DNA from: Bigelowiella natans CCMP2755
Taxonomy: Eukaryota; Protista; Cercozoa
Length of the DNA stretch: 64,000 nt
Direction: 5' to 3'
Assembly (NCBI GenBank): GCA_000320545.1
Contig: ADNK01000179.1
Coordinates: 59,005-123,004, forward strand
Made by a program: the position numbers and the translations under genes. Shown here piece after piece: positions 52,144-64,000 of this stretch. The notes beneath the pieces were generated by a model. That model did not search any database. It was not told the origin of the DNA and saw only the letters and a program-made list of their open reading frames with translations. Numbering within the stretch: position 1 is the stretch's first letter; every line of letters begins with the position of its first letter.

Positions 52144-53550
52144 TCACCGTTTTTTTGAAGCCTTTTTCTCAGCCTTGAGATGTGCCTAATCACGCAACAT
52201 TTTGTTGGCATTGTATTTGGAACAAGTACTTTTTAAAACATAGTAGCCGTCTTATGCATACTTTTCGTTACGTATCAATGCTGTACCTTCGAGATGAGAT
52301 GGTTTTGCAGCTGTTTCTCTGCGTCACACACACGAAGTAAAAAGTTGTTGGTACATTGGATGAGAAAGTTCGAATTGAAAGAGAAAAACGCAAAGTTGTT
52401 TCTCTTCTATAGGATTTGTGTTTCTGCGCTACCTGACTTATACGATTTTCGACAAAGGATGCATCTGAAAACGCTCGGTGCCTTGTCCTGCTTCTCCTTA
52501 TTTTCTTGCCGCAATGCTGCGGTGCTGTCTTGAGTGTTCTCCGCATTGTCATCATCATCATCATCATCATCATTCCCACATTCTTCACGCTGCTCTGCAG
52601 TCTTTGCATCCAGAATCTCTTCCTGCCCCTTAGGTTTAGTGATCGTACTCTCGTCTTCCTCGTTGGTGTTTTTTCCCTCTTCTTCTTCTTCCTCCTCCTC
52701 CTCCTCCTCCTCCTCGCCTTCGCTGTCATCATCATCATTTTCATCCTCGTCCGATCCAAGCTCTGAGCATTCGAAATCACCAATCACCAAGGTATCCATC
52801 TCCTCCCCCCACACAACTTAAACCGATATTATTAGTATCATCATCAAAAGAATAGTCATCCTTATCATGTTAATTATCATTCAGATCCCATCCTTCGTCT
52901 ATTCCTCATTACGTTCTTGAAGGAGGTCATTCCTGTAAGCTTCTAGCTCACGATTAAGTTCCGCCTACAAGGAGGAGTGACGAAGAAGAAGAAGAAAAAC
53001 ATTATTTAATACATTTTTTATTAGAGAGGGAAAACACAGCCTGACCTGCTGTTTTGCAGCTGCCTTCAAAGTTTCATTTTTACCTGACTTTTTTTTTGCT
53101 TTCCTTTGCCAATGCATTGCGATAGGTATGAACCCAACCCCTACATGCGCAAGACACGAGAGAACGAGATTAAGATATGCCACTATCGCTACAAGGGACA
53201 ATAGATAAAAGCCACCAAAGGAGTATTGATTTTATACTAGGTTCTCAAACAAAGTCGGGGCGGAAAAGACCGTGTTTATTATGTATATCTAGAGTCACCA
53301 CACACACACACACAAACATATACACACAACACAAAAAAATGTTTTTAAGAAAGCTATTTGATTCACTCAGAGAGCAATACTATATTAGTGCTAAAGGTAA
53401 TAACCAAGTGCACCCAGTAGAGATATAAAGAGAGAGAGATCAGAAGGCTCCTGAAACAACGACATGAAACAAGGACATCGCTACGACACCACACCCATGG
53501 ATATGAAAAATTTGACGGTAGTAATAATAATACCAATAATAATACCATTA

Positions 53551-53586
<36 letters not shown>

Positions 53587-54709
53587 TTTAGTAAATGTGA
53601 TAAGTAATGAAATATGGAGACGGAAGATCATCATCTCTCATGCATTCGAGCAAAAAGTTATAACAAGAATTTAGATGTAAAATGAAATTGTTTTACTACT
53701 TTCCCCATTTCGTCAAATCGTCGCCGAGCATCGCTGAAGGTTTCGAAAAACTTGGCACGTTTCACATACTTTGCGTCCTTCTTGTCTGTTGGTGCAAACA
53801 TTAAATTGCATCATCTTGGGAGTGAATTGATGGGAAGATACTAGACTGCGATTTGCATAACACAGCAGTGTATTGGTTTCAGATCCCTAATAATACTACC
53901 TAATCCATTGCGAAAGTCAAACTCACTCCAGTCCCTGTTTTCGTACCTATTTTGAGGAGGAAATCGTTGGAATAGAAACCATTTTCGGGAGGGGTATTGG
54001 TGTTGGTGATTATTGTAATGTTAGCTATTTTTCCGTCTCCGAATCTCATTAAAACGCTACTTGAGAATCCCTTGCGTCAGCAAATAGTCATATCTCGTGC
54101 GAGTTACTGTGTTCGATAGTATTTCATATGCGTTGGCGTATTCCATGAATAGTTTCTCTGCAACTACTCTCCCAGCAGGGTTTGAGACCTGATTGGAAGC
54201 AAGTTGTAAGTGCGAGTTAAGTTGGAATACGACAAGTGTTAACAAGTGTGTTTCTGAGCAGAAATGATCCATTGGATATTTCTATTTATTTTTCATTGAT
54301 ACATGCCTTATCGGGATGGTTTTTTAGGGCGAGTTTGCGGTAGTGCTTTTTCAATGCCTGATTTTTACACGAATTTAATTTCATTTTCCCATTGATACGC
54401 ATTTATATCTTTCAATTCACACTCTTATTTGTTTCCATCGTTTTGGATAATCACAGTTATTGTTTGTATACGCAGGAATTTGACACACCTTGGGCTCTAT
54501 AGTTGCATCCACTTGTAGGAGCTCATAATACGAAAGGTCATCTTTCCCTTGGTCACTATTATCTGCTGCATCGCACTTGATGATAGGGGCATGGCAGTAC
54601 GTCACAAAACAGAACAAACAAAACATACACAATCACATTTATTCGTGTACTATAGCTGTGCTTCATTTACCTTGATTCCGAGGAGGATGGCAAGAAGGAG
54701 GATCAACAT
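52144..54709 (-). CDS. DnaJ-domain protein: signal peptide, J domain, TM segment, acidic region, C-terminal C2H2 finger
   Basis: MLILLLAILLGIK, SYYELLQV, HYRKLALKNHPDK, ANAYEILSN..TRTRYD and FRCILCRKSYKS...LQNHLISKAHLK. Confidence 0.85.
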
Positions 54710-55286
54710 CTACTGCGCTCTCTCCAACAGAGTCTCTTTCGGCTACATTCACTGCATAATACGGTGGATAAGAGCACAAATACTTAACATCTTCGAAAAA
54801 GTGCGATCTCAACTTCATGGTAGCTAGTGCAAACTAACCAGACGTGCTGCTGCAATAATTTCTGGGTAGGGGGTCAAGGATTTCTGGGTAGGGGGTGTGT
54901 CCAGGGCTCGTCGCCAGTCTCTGGAGCATCTCTGGATATGTATATATGCATATATCTCGAGAATATTCAGCATCAATCATGCATCTCTTGAGAATCTCTG
55001 AGGAAGGATTCGACTGACGACGGTGAATGATGATGATGGGACAGACTACTAGTCGATAGATCCAGTATAACAACACAATTAAATCCCAGACGATCATCAC
55101 CACCACCATCATCATCATCATCCCTCTCCTCTCGGTAGAAAGAAGGTAGCAGAAACAACATTGGAGCGATGCAATCGAGAAGCAGAGACAGCAGTGCTAG
55201 AAAGAGAACAGGAGAGGAAGAAGACGAAGGATTCATGCTGACTCAGTCTTCCGCAAACTAACAGCTGCCAGCTCACGTCTGGCCAA

Positions 55287-56115
55287 ATGAATTTGCATTT
55301 TCATGGATTTACTGTGCTCTCAGTAGCATTTTTCGCCACATATACGCTATGGGCATCTAAGTCTATTCCGAGAGATGGTGGCGATAGGAAGTACCGGATT
55401 TCCTGCTCCATCTCCCCAGTTTCTAGGATGAAGGAACATCGTTTACGTTGGCCGACCCATTTTCGTCGAAGAAGATTAGGTGATTCATAAAGGTGAAAGG
55501 GAGAAGAAATGCCCACCATAACCCTCCCATAGTTCCTGGTGCTTGAGGGGTATTGAAGCGCATAATCATTGATATTGATCGCGGATGGTCATAGCCAGCG
55601 ATAGACGATTGACTTATTATCTCCACCACGTGCTACCTACCTACCAGGTATTCAAAATGAAATTTGTAGACTGAAGGGCGGCGTGGACGTTTTGCCTGAT
55701 CGAGACAACCTTGTGAGGCAGTTTGGGAACTACACTTGGACTCAAGAGGAAGAGCAAGCGCAGCTGTCAGTCTGTCTTTCTGTCGTCGTTGCCCCAATAC
55801 ATTGACCCATTCTAATTTAGCAAAGTCTATCATCAATCTAACTAGCTGGCTAGACACTATCTAATCGTCTACCAATCTATCTATTGTTACTGCTGCCGAG
55901 TATGCATGGGTTCTTCTTCTTCTTCTTCTTCTTCTTCTTCTTCTTCTTCTTCTTCTTCTGTCACATACGTGGTGTACCCTTCTTTATTTGTCTTTTCTTG
56001 ATTAATCTACTACCGCTGCCATTAAAATTCTTTTGCTCTACAGCCTCTTTTTTCTTCTTTCAATGTAGAAGAACACCTATAGTAGCGCACGCACACACAT
56101 ATCATCATCATTATT

Positions 56116-56146
<31 letters not shown>

Positions 56147-58396
56147 GGTATGTGCAGATATCAGAGACAACGAAAGGGAAGCACATTCAAGTGCGTACTA
56201 CCGAGGTATGCACGCGGATATACCACAATAAATACCAATATATCACCACCACTACTCCTCCTCCTTCTCCTCCTCCTCCCCCTCCTACTACTACTACTAC
56301 TACTGCACGCCTCGAAAGTTGATAGTTAATGTTGTCAGTCACCTTTGTTTCGTAGAATAGTATCGGTAATTTATGTAGTATTTGTTTATCAATAGGACGT
56401 CATCAGCGTATGGATGCACAATGATCTACTTCTCAATGAAACTCTAGAGAACAAGGCATGAAATCTCTTGTCTATATCAGTGCTCACCCTTTCCTTTAAG
56501 CAAATTGCCAATGCGACACAAGTTAAGAAGGAGCATTCCTTATCATCATTCTTTCCAGATCATCCCGAAGAAGACTTTCTGGGAAATCGAACAATTTCGC
56601 GGTCAAAGATGTTTGAAAGTAGTAGCCACGTCGAATGCCTTCGCCCACATTACCTACCTGTCTTCCCGTCCCCAATTGTTAACCCCATATCTTCTCCCCC
56701 CCCCCTTTTTTTCTTTCCCCAATCACAAGGTGATACTGGAGAAGAAGCACCCCAATAACCAGGTGTGGACGCAGTAGCAGCAGTGAAGGCAAACAACCTA
56801 ATATTGCCTACAAACGATTTTTCTTCCTCATTCGATACATATATACCAAAAGACATCTGAACTCCTCTCATAATCAATACCGTAAGATCATTTTTTAGTG
56901 TAAGTAGGGTTAGATGTAAGTAGGGAATGTCAACCTTTTCGATTGCACGCCGCTATGACCAGCACAGAACAAGAATTACCTACTTTTTTCAGTCCAGAAT
57001 CTTTCTTTGTAAACTTTAATGTGATGAAGAGAAAGACGACTTCTATGTGTCGAATGTATTTGACCGAGATGCGTCAAAGCTGCCCATACACGAGTGAATG
57101 GTGGACATTAGATTATGCACCACGAGGCATTAACTAAACAAGTAAAGTACTCTCAAGGTATTCGATTGGCAATTCATGTTCTCCTCGGAGCACCGCCTTC
57201 AAGATACGAGCATAACCCATCAAGTAAGCCTACCTTTTCTCCTTCCCCTACCCTCCTCCTCGTCATTCCCTCCTTTCTGGATGATAAGATGACACTAACG
57301 TTGTAAACACACGATTCCTCCCTCCAGGTAGTGTTCGATATTCAATTCGGTGATGAGGACATTGGACAAGTAGTGATAGGTAGTAGAAAGGCGGGTTAGG
57401 ATGGAAGGAAAGAAGAGGCTGGGGACTCCAGACAAATCACAAACACACACACACACACATACACACACACCCATGTGTTCAAAATTGTGAATATATAATT
57501 ATTAAAGGCTTATTTGGGAAAATGTGTCCACGCGAAGTGGAGAATTTTATTGCTTTGGCCAACAATAACGTAGGGTGCTATTCGTGCTGTTGTTGTTGTT
57601 GTTGTTGTTAATGATGATGACGATGATGATGATGATGCTTATAGGGGCAGGAGTCATAATAAATGTATCCCTCATTCCAGCCCTGCTGCAACCATGTTTT
57701 CCTCTCTCTCTATATTAAGCAATGAATTAAGCAATGCCATCATCATCATTATCATCATCCATCATCATCATCATCATCCATCATCATCATGACGAACATC
57801 TCCCATCACAATGAAATATGTTATTTATTTAATCAACAAGGTCTTGATCCCCCCGTCGCACTACAATCCATGGGGTCGTCGTATGAAAAAGAAGGGAGGA
57901 CTGGAGAGACCTGAGCCACCGCTTTCCATGTGGCGAAGGGGGGGCTATGAGAACTGCTCCTTCTATAAGATGGATTTCTTGACCATATTTGCAGGGGATG
58001 TTCACCTGGTAGGCGATGATATGATATTGACAATGCATCGGTCAAAGTAGTACTAGCAGTGACTGTTAACGTGCTGGAAAGTGAAGTAGTTATTCCTAAT
58101 CATTTTTATCGTTTTTATCGTCGTCTATACATCGTTTGTTGTTGTTGTTGATGATGATGATGATATTTTTCTATTCCAGGACAAAGGAATAAGCGGATTT
58201 ACTAAATTTGGGCGGGTAAGAGTTGGCCCTTCCTTATAAACACAACCCAAACTTGTTCATCATGATTCCACCTCTGTGTGCCTTTTATCTATTGATTCTA
58301 CCCTAACCATAAACAGGATTATGAGTTCAAACAAGCTATTATGAAAATGGTACATGTGCATATGTATGTAACACGCGCATCTAAATGATTATTCAC

Positions 58397-58432
<36 letters not shown>

Positions 58433-58444
58433 CGTGAAACCGCT

Positions 58445-58476
<32 letters not shown>

Positions 58477-58769
58477 ATATCTGAATCGTTTTTCCAAAAT
58501 ACATATAGTAACAAATAGCTCCCAAAAAAAGCTTTAGTTCGATATTTTTAAATCACAAGAAGAGAGAAGTATGTAGGTTGCCAATAAAACTAAAGGTGGT
58601 GGATAATAGAGATGTTATCAACTAGTGAGTAGAGTATGGAAGCGATACTTTCTAAGCTAGGAAGAATGTCCGCTTTTAATGAAAAAGATAAATCTTACAT
58701 GAGAGCAATGACCTACCCCTTCTATTTGAAAGGAGGACCCCTGGCTCGTGGCAATGCAGGTGAATCACA

Positions 58770-58823
<54 letters not shown>

Positions 58824-59610
58824 TAGGCATAATTTGTGTAATAGAAAGGTGTCCCTTCTGCTTGCATAGGCTGTGATTTTCTAAATGTTGTTTCTAGTGT
58901 TGATTCCTTCCCATATTTTGCGCTGCTCGTTGCAAGGTGTTTATGGGTAGGATGGATTCTCGATTCTTCTTCACAGGAAGAAGACCCATAGATTGGATAT
59001 CGGGGAGGTGAGCTGCGTACGTTGCATCTTGTATCTGACACACCGGAGAAGACTGAATGCACTGTCAACGACTACCTTCCTTCACGATTTTCCATTTGGT
59101 TTCTCCCTTGTTGTATTTTTGTATTTTGCCTCTTCACGTGGCATACGACAGGCATGTTGTCATTGGGCGAATCCTAAGCGGACAGACGACTCTAAGAAAC
59201 CTGTACGATCAGGGTGACCCTGCGGAGGAATGGTAGTATGCGCGAGCATTGTTGGTAGCTTGAAAATTAAATTTCTTTTTCAAAAAAAACTCGTTATAGT
59301 TTGCCAATTCACTCGTTGATAACAAACAAAATCATCTCATACACTAAACACACCATTCAGCTGGGAAAAACGAGCGTTCATTCGACGTAGCAGAGAGATT
59401 TTACCGCAGCACCCAAATTGGATTCAAGATCCTACTTCTTTGGACGCCCCCTCCATGATGGAGACGCTGCGCCTACAGCATCTCCATGAGACGAAGCAGA
59501 AGATAGATGACATGAGCAAAAACGGGGAGTACATGTTTAACTACCCCTATACCACAAAAATGCTGGCCGATGTTTTTGACAGCGTTGGAAATAGCAGCGG
59601 TCATGACTAG
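55287..59610 (+). CDS. CS (p23/NudC-like) domain fused to a divergent cyclophilin domain, with a signal/transit-like leader
   Basis: GNYTWTQEEEQAQL/YVQISETTKGKHIQV...TFWEIE...VILEKK (CS domain); ITHQVVFDIQFGDEDIGQVVIGLFGKMCPREVENFIALA and HVVIGRILSG (cyclophilin). Some exons are unresolved. Confidence 0.75.
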
Positions 59611-60477
59611 CTTGTATCAAACTGGTTGCAAATTCATGACGCACATAATGTGACTCGAGCCAAATTTTGGGACATGGCAAAGAAGCACTGAACGAGTAGT
59701 TTAACTATGACGAGATCCGCTCGGAATGCTACTAATTGTTAGTTATCTTTGACCATAATTATAATAATTATGCCAACGTACAAGATGTGTATGAATATCG
59801 CCACAGCTCGCATGCAGGCCGGCAGGTAATCAATGGCAGCAGACTTATGCATGTGCGTTACGTTCCTCTATCGGAGTCCTGATTGATGCATGGCAAAGCT
59901 ATCTAGCTATAATATGTGCATGCAGAGCAAAGAGTCGAGCGTTACCTAGTTACTGCAATTTTGTCAAACTAATCGAGTACTGGTGGCCAGGCACATTTCG
60001 CGCATTTGTCACTTTAGCAATATGCTAGACGATTGTGCAATGACGGCGCGAGCGCAAAGCTTTCAGCAATGATTCACTAGCGACGCGCCAGTATCATTCC
60101 ATGGACAGTATAGCAATAACCATTAAGCGTACGCGTAGTAGATTGGATGTGTTGTGTATGAGACTTGCGGCCATTAAGCGCCATCGAGAAGATAGGCACT
60201 CAATGTTTAGATTTGGCGACGAGTACCATATGCGTGTGCTATACAAGTAGGGTGCTACATTTCTCTCTTTTATATTCTCTAGCATTAATTATATTATTAT
60301 ATGCCTTGCTTGCCTATACTCGATACCTATACTTATGTATGCTGCAGAGCGTGGAACAATGAGTGAGATTGGAATAAAATAACTTCAATTATTATGTTAT
60401 TATTATTCGAAGGCATTCCTTATCTTTAATGGCACTGTGTAGATACGTCGAATGGGCTCTTTACTTGAAAGTTGTGA

Positions 60478-61067
60478 TTAGCTGTTCTTAGACGCTATTC
60501 CAAACGTGAACTTGTCCTTCTTGAACAGGGTTATGCTCCTAAATCATTATAATAGGTTATGTGATATGTACGTTGCAGGGAAGTCAGTAACGTACCGTTG
60601 TTCTGTCTGGATCTCTATTCGTACATCTTCTTTATTTGCCACAAGATTTGCAGCTTTTGATCTCACATCCAAAATGTGCGCCGCCGCATCTTCGAAGTTC
60701 ATAATCCCTGTAGCTGATGATCACACAAGAAGTTCATTATCCTTGTCATCACGGCACCATACATGCAATGAATATAGAATAAAGTATGAAGGTTAATGAA
60801 TCAAAAGTAGCAACTACCACCAACGCACAGTCCATTCCTATCAGATGTCACAACTCCTTCAATTTTGCTCTCGGAAGACCTATTCAACGATACAAATTAA
60901 ATTTGGGTGAAATACGTTTCATAAATTATCACAAAGGATGGAAACCTAGCTTCAAGTGCTTTTGTGAAGAGGTCTTCGGCGGTTGTTGAATCCGCTTCTA
61001 CAGGTGAGGTGGTTTTATTCTGGCGATTCTTTCCTTCCAATTCTTCTCTGGGTGGATCCGTCACCAT
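60478..61067 (-). CDS. LAMTOR5: Ragulator subunit LAMTOR5/HBXIP-like roadblock protein
   Basis: Four GT-AG exons give MVTDPPREE...FTKALEAR/SSESKIEGVVTSDRNGLCV/ATGIMNFEDAAAHILDVRSKAANLVANKEDVRIEIQTEQR/SITLFKKDKFTFGIASKNS*. The gene is not in the ORF track. Confidence 0.75.
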
Positions 61068-61377
61068 GGCGGAATGCCACGTTGCTGATATCTATCGATT
61101 CTCTTCTGCTGTTAAGAAGCTCTCTCCTCTGCCTCTTCTCCACACGCTCACGGGAGGACTTATGTCGAGGAGGAGGATAGCTTGTCGTAGGCAATAAATC
61201 ATAGGGGATTTATCCATATATTACCTGTATTTATATTGTCGCTCTGTAAATAAAGGAACGGGTTCCCTGTTGCATGCTCGGAATCTCTCCCCTCCCTCCC
61301 TCCCTTCCTCCCTCTCTCCCTCTCTACTCCCACGTCGGGCCAGAATAAGTATTATATAAGGGCATACTAACCGAATA

Positions 61378-62657
61378 ATGCACAAACCCACTTCGTCAAA
61401 AAGAATCGCCCGGCAGGTTGTTGTAGGTAACCTCCATGGCGTAGGCAGTAGCACAGATGCAACGGACTTCTTGAATAAAAGCTTTGGCCATGGAAACTTT
61501 CGGGAGGTGGAGGAGGAAGAAGCCGGTGTAGGAGCGAGATTCCTTGAGTTCCGAACGCGTTCCGATGCGCTCCATGCTGTGGCACTTTCCGGCGCAATAG
61601 ATCTTGACTCGGCCCCGGTTACAATTGAGCCGAGAGCTGGATCCCGAACTGAGCGCATAGCACCAAACCGCAACCCCATCGTAGCATCAAAACTATTGAT
61701 CGATCCTGAGTATAAAACCCCTGGCCTGACGTCCTTACTGTTTCGCAGTATCGCTCAATCCATGATTACAGTATTTCGTCATAGCAAGAAAACAGCGATT
61801 TTGGGGTACTCTGTAGGTGCGATTCCTGGCCTGTGGGCTGACGATTTTGGCAGTTACTTTGATTCGGTGGAAAGCTGTGAAGGAGATGAAGCACGGTCTA
61901 GGATACAAAAGGAAAATCTATCTATCCTATCAAGTGGGTCGTCTAGGCGCAACAACGAGCAAAGAGTGCAAGCATCATCCGCGCTCGGGGGTGAGGGAAA
62001 AATGACGGCGAAGTTGAGCAAGTTTGGAATAATCGTTGTGGAACCTGGTGAAAACGGTCCTTTTAAATGTTTCATTGAGCCTAAAACACTCATACGTATG
62101 ATCCTGGGTGGAGAAGAGGGTCGCTCCAGTACTGTAATTGTTATTCTTCCAAGAAGCGCAGACCTGCAACCTCTTGTGAACGAATGTGCCTTTTCGAACG
62201 CTCGCTGCTCCAAGAAGATTCACTTAATCCTATGTCGCCTTCCAGAGCATCAGATAGTATATCTTATAATCAATCATGAAAGCAATAGAGAGTTAACACA
62301 AAACATCAACCACGATGATGGTGGTACTCTAGTTTGCTACTTTGCGCAACAGCTACCTTTTCGCCGTCGTCACGGTGCGCGTGTGTTCTATCTCTCCCAG
62401 CAAAAAGGGGGGGGGGCATGTTCCTGGATTGAGAGTCCGCGATGTGGGGAGGTTAATGAGTTGTCACGCATAGTCGAAATGCGTAATGCGAGTGTGCGGG
62501 TGTCCTTACCGGAGCATCAGTTGTTTGGTTGGGAGGGTACCGTGAACGGTGAAATGAATGCTGCGGGTCAACATTTGGTGGACTTCGATGGTGAGGGCGG
62601 GGCACGAGTTGCGTGGGTTAAGCCTGAAGATATGCTGGTAGTAGCAGTAGTAGTAGT

Positions 62658-62688
<31 letters not shown>

Positions 62689-63538
62689 GTAGTGAATTTG
62701 ATATTGCTTGGGTTTATCTTCTTCCTTCCAGTGCCGCGGAGCAGCATTTCACCACCACTGCCACCACACATGGCAATTTTCGTTGTGCCCTACTATTACT
62801 ACTACCTAGCAGCATCAGCATTACACTATGTTCATTCTGATCCTCCCTCTTTGTCACGGTACCTGCTAGATGCTCAAGGGTTCCGCAGTCTACTTCCAGG
62901 GGAGGGATAAGGGCTGGAAATTCGACCTATCCCCGGTTGGTTGTCTTTGTTTCTAAATGCTGCATATGATGATTATTTTTATCATTATTTTTCCAAATGA
63001 AGGCAGCTACCATGGCCATCATCATCAATCACCGCCATCATTATACATCAATCATCTACGGCATATCCTCACATCATCGCTTAAAAGTCGAGATCACCAA
63101 TCTTTCCTTTATGTCATCAAATCCATTCTTCTTCTTCTTCTTCTTCTTCTTCTTCTTCTTCTTCTTCTTCTTCTTCTTCTTCTTCTTCCGCTTCTTGCGT
63201 TGATGTGACTACCGCTACTTTATTGTCGTCATCGTCGTCGTCGTCACTTATATAGACCGGGCATGCTGGCCTTGGAGAGCTCGTACGGAGGACATCGCCA
63301 CTTCTAGAGTATTGTGGAAAGCAGATAGATCAAAGGAATGATGGGCGTAAGCTTCGGAGCGAGGGCTCCTCCATCTATGCTCGCAAACCGAACAAGAGGA
63401 CAAACAACGTCACCTGGTACTACTAATAGTAGTAATAGTAGCCATAGTAGTAATAGTGGTAAAAGAGAGGGAGAGAGAGAGAGAGAGAAGCTGCATCAGA
63501 AGACGGAAGGTCTCCACGTTTTTATGATTCCTTCTATT

Positions 63539-63570
<32 letters not shown>

Positions 63571-64000
63571 AACTCAGGTCTCAGGAGGAATATGCCCATC
63601 TTGGGTTTCAGTATGCGTATCTTGGGCTGAAGTCGGTGCAGCGATTCACGGAAACATGGTCATTGATCGAGCGTATGCACAATCGCTGCTTTGTTAGAGG
63701 AGGAGGAAGAGGAGGAGAACAAAAAGGAAGAGTAAGCCTTTTGGAGAGGGTCTTGCTGCAAAATGGAACAAACGCAGGAGGGGGAGGAGAAGGAGGAGGA
63801 GGAGGAGGAGGAGGAGAGCAACCATTCGTTGTTGTCAGTTTGGGCGGTGGCCCTGGCTTCGAACTTCTCGCTCTGGAAAAGTTTCTGCAGACCAACTTTG
63901 GTAATAGTAGTAGTAGGAGGAGGAGGAGGAGGAGGAGGAGAAGTAGTAGTATCTCAATGAGAATGATGCTCATTGCCGCTGAATGTAAGTGGATTCGATG
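61378..64000 (+). CDS. 5' part of a multidomain protein: RRM-like, degenerate TGS1-like methyltransferase, SH3/Tudor-like barrel and a second class I SAM methyltransferase
   Basis: RQVVVGNL (RNP2-like); IIVVEPGENGP...VILPRSADLQPL (resembles TGS1 SPPWGGP/LPRN.D..Q); later exon EYAHLGFQYAYLGLKSVQRFTETW...VVSLGGGPGFELLAL. Confidence 0.6.

Larger units (their letters stand above)
717..63940. repeat. Dispersed microsatellites (GT, GA, TA, CTT, GGA, CAT, AAT), mostly in introns and some in coding sequence
   Basis: Examples: (GT)n 717-768, (CT)n 22274-22314, (TA)n 22389-22426, (GA)n 45369-45432, (TCT)n 50717-50771. Confidence 0.95.

Noticed and set aside
1-64000. tRNA/rRNA genes, transposases, reverse transcriptases
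   Set aside because: None was recognised by eye; small ncRNAs could have been missed.

Overview
Gene-dense, intron-rich nuclear DNA from a eukaryote; the introns are short and full of microsatellites. A thylakoid-lumen CYP38 with a signal peptide plus transit peptide points to an alga with a secondary plastid, and the overall style resembles a chlorarachniophyte such as Bigelowiella (inference). Hand-splicing gives about 20 genes: a cold-shock/LOTUS-like partial gene, CYP38, an FCS-like zinc-finger (FLZ) protein, a WD40 protein, two paralogues of an unknown domain, an ankyrin protein, BRAP2, a coiled-coil protein, FAD synthase, GPR107/TMEM87, an NCBP3-like protein, RRP43, a CGFS glutaredoxin, a two-RRM hnRNP, INTS3, a DnaJ protein, a CS-domain/pseudo-cyclophilin fusion, LAMTOR5 (missing from the ORF track) and a partial double-methyltransferase gene. 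Four observations stand out. (1) A 12.5-19.3 kb co-oriented island holds an ankyrin array whose variation sits almost entirely on the binding face and is shuffled between repeats; two copies of an unknown domain flank it, and one probably splices onto it. (2) There is direct sequence evidence for TpA to TpG/CpA erosion that spares CTAG. (3) Palindrome-rich purine/pyrimidine-alternating tracts fill every tail-to-tail junction of an almost strictly alternating gene order. (4) A canonical FLZ finger occurs outside land plants. All exon boundaries and family calls were read by eye without any search.
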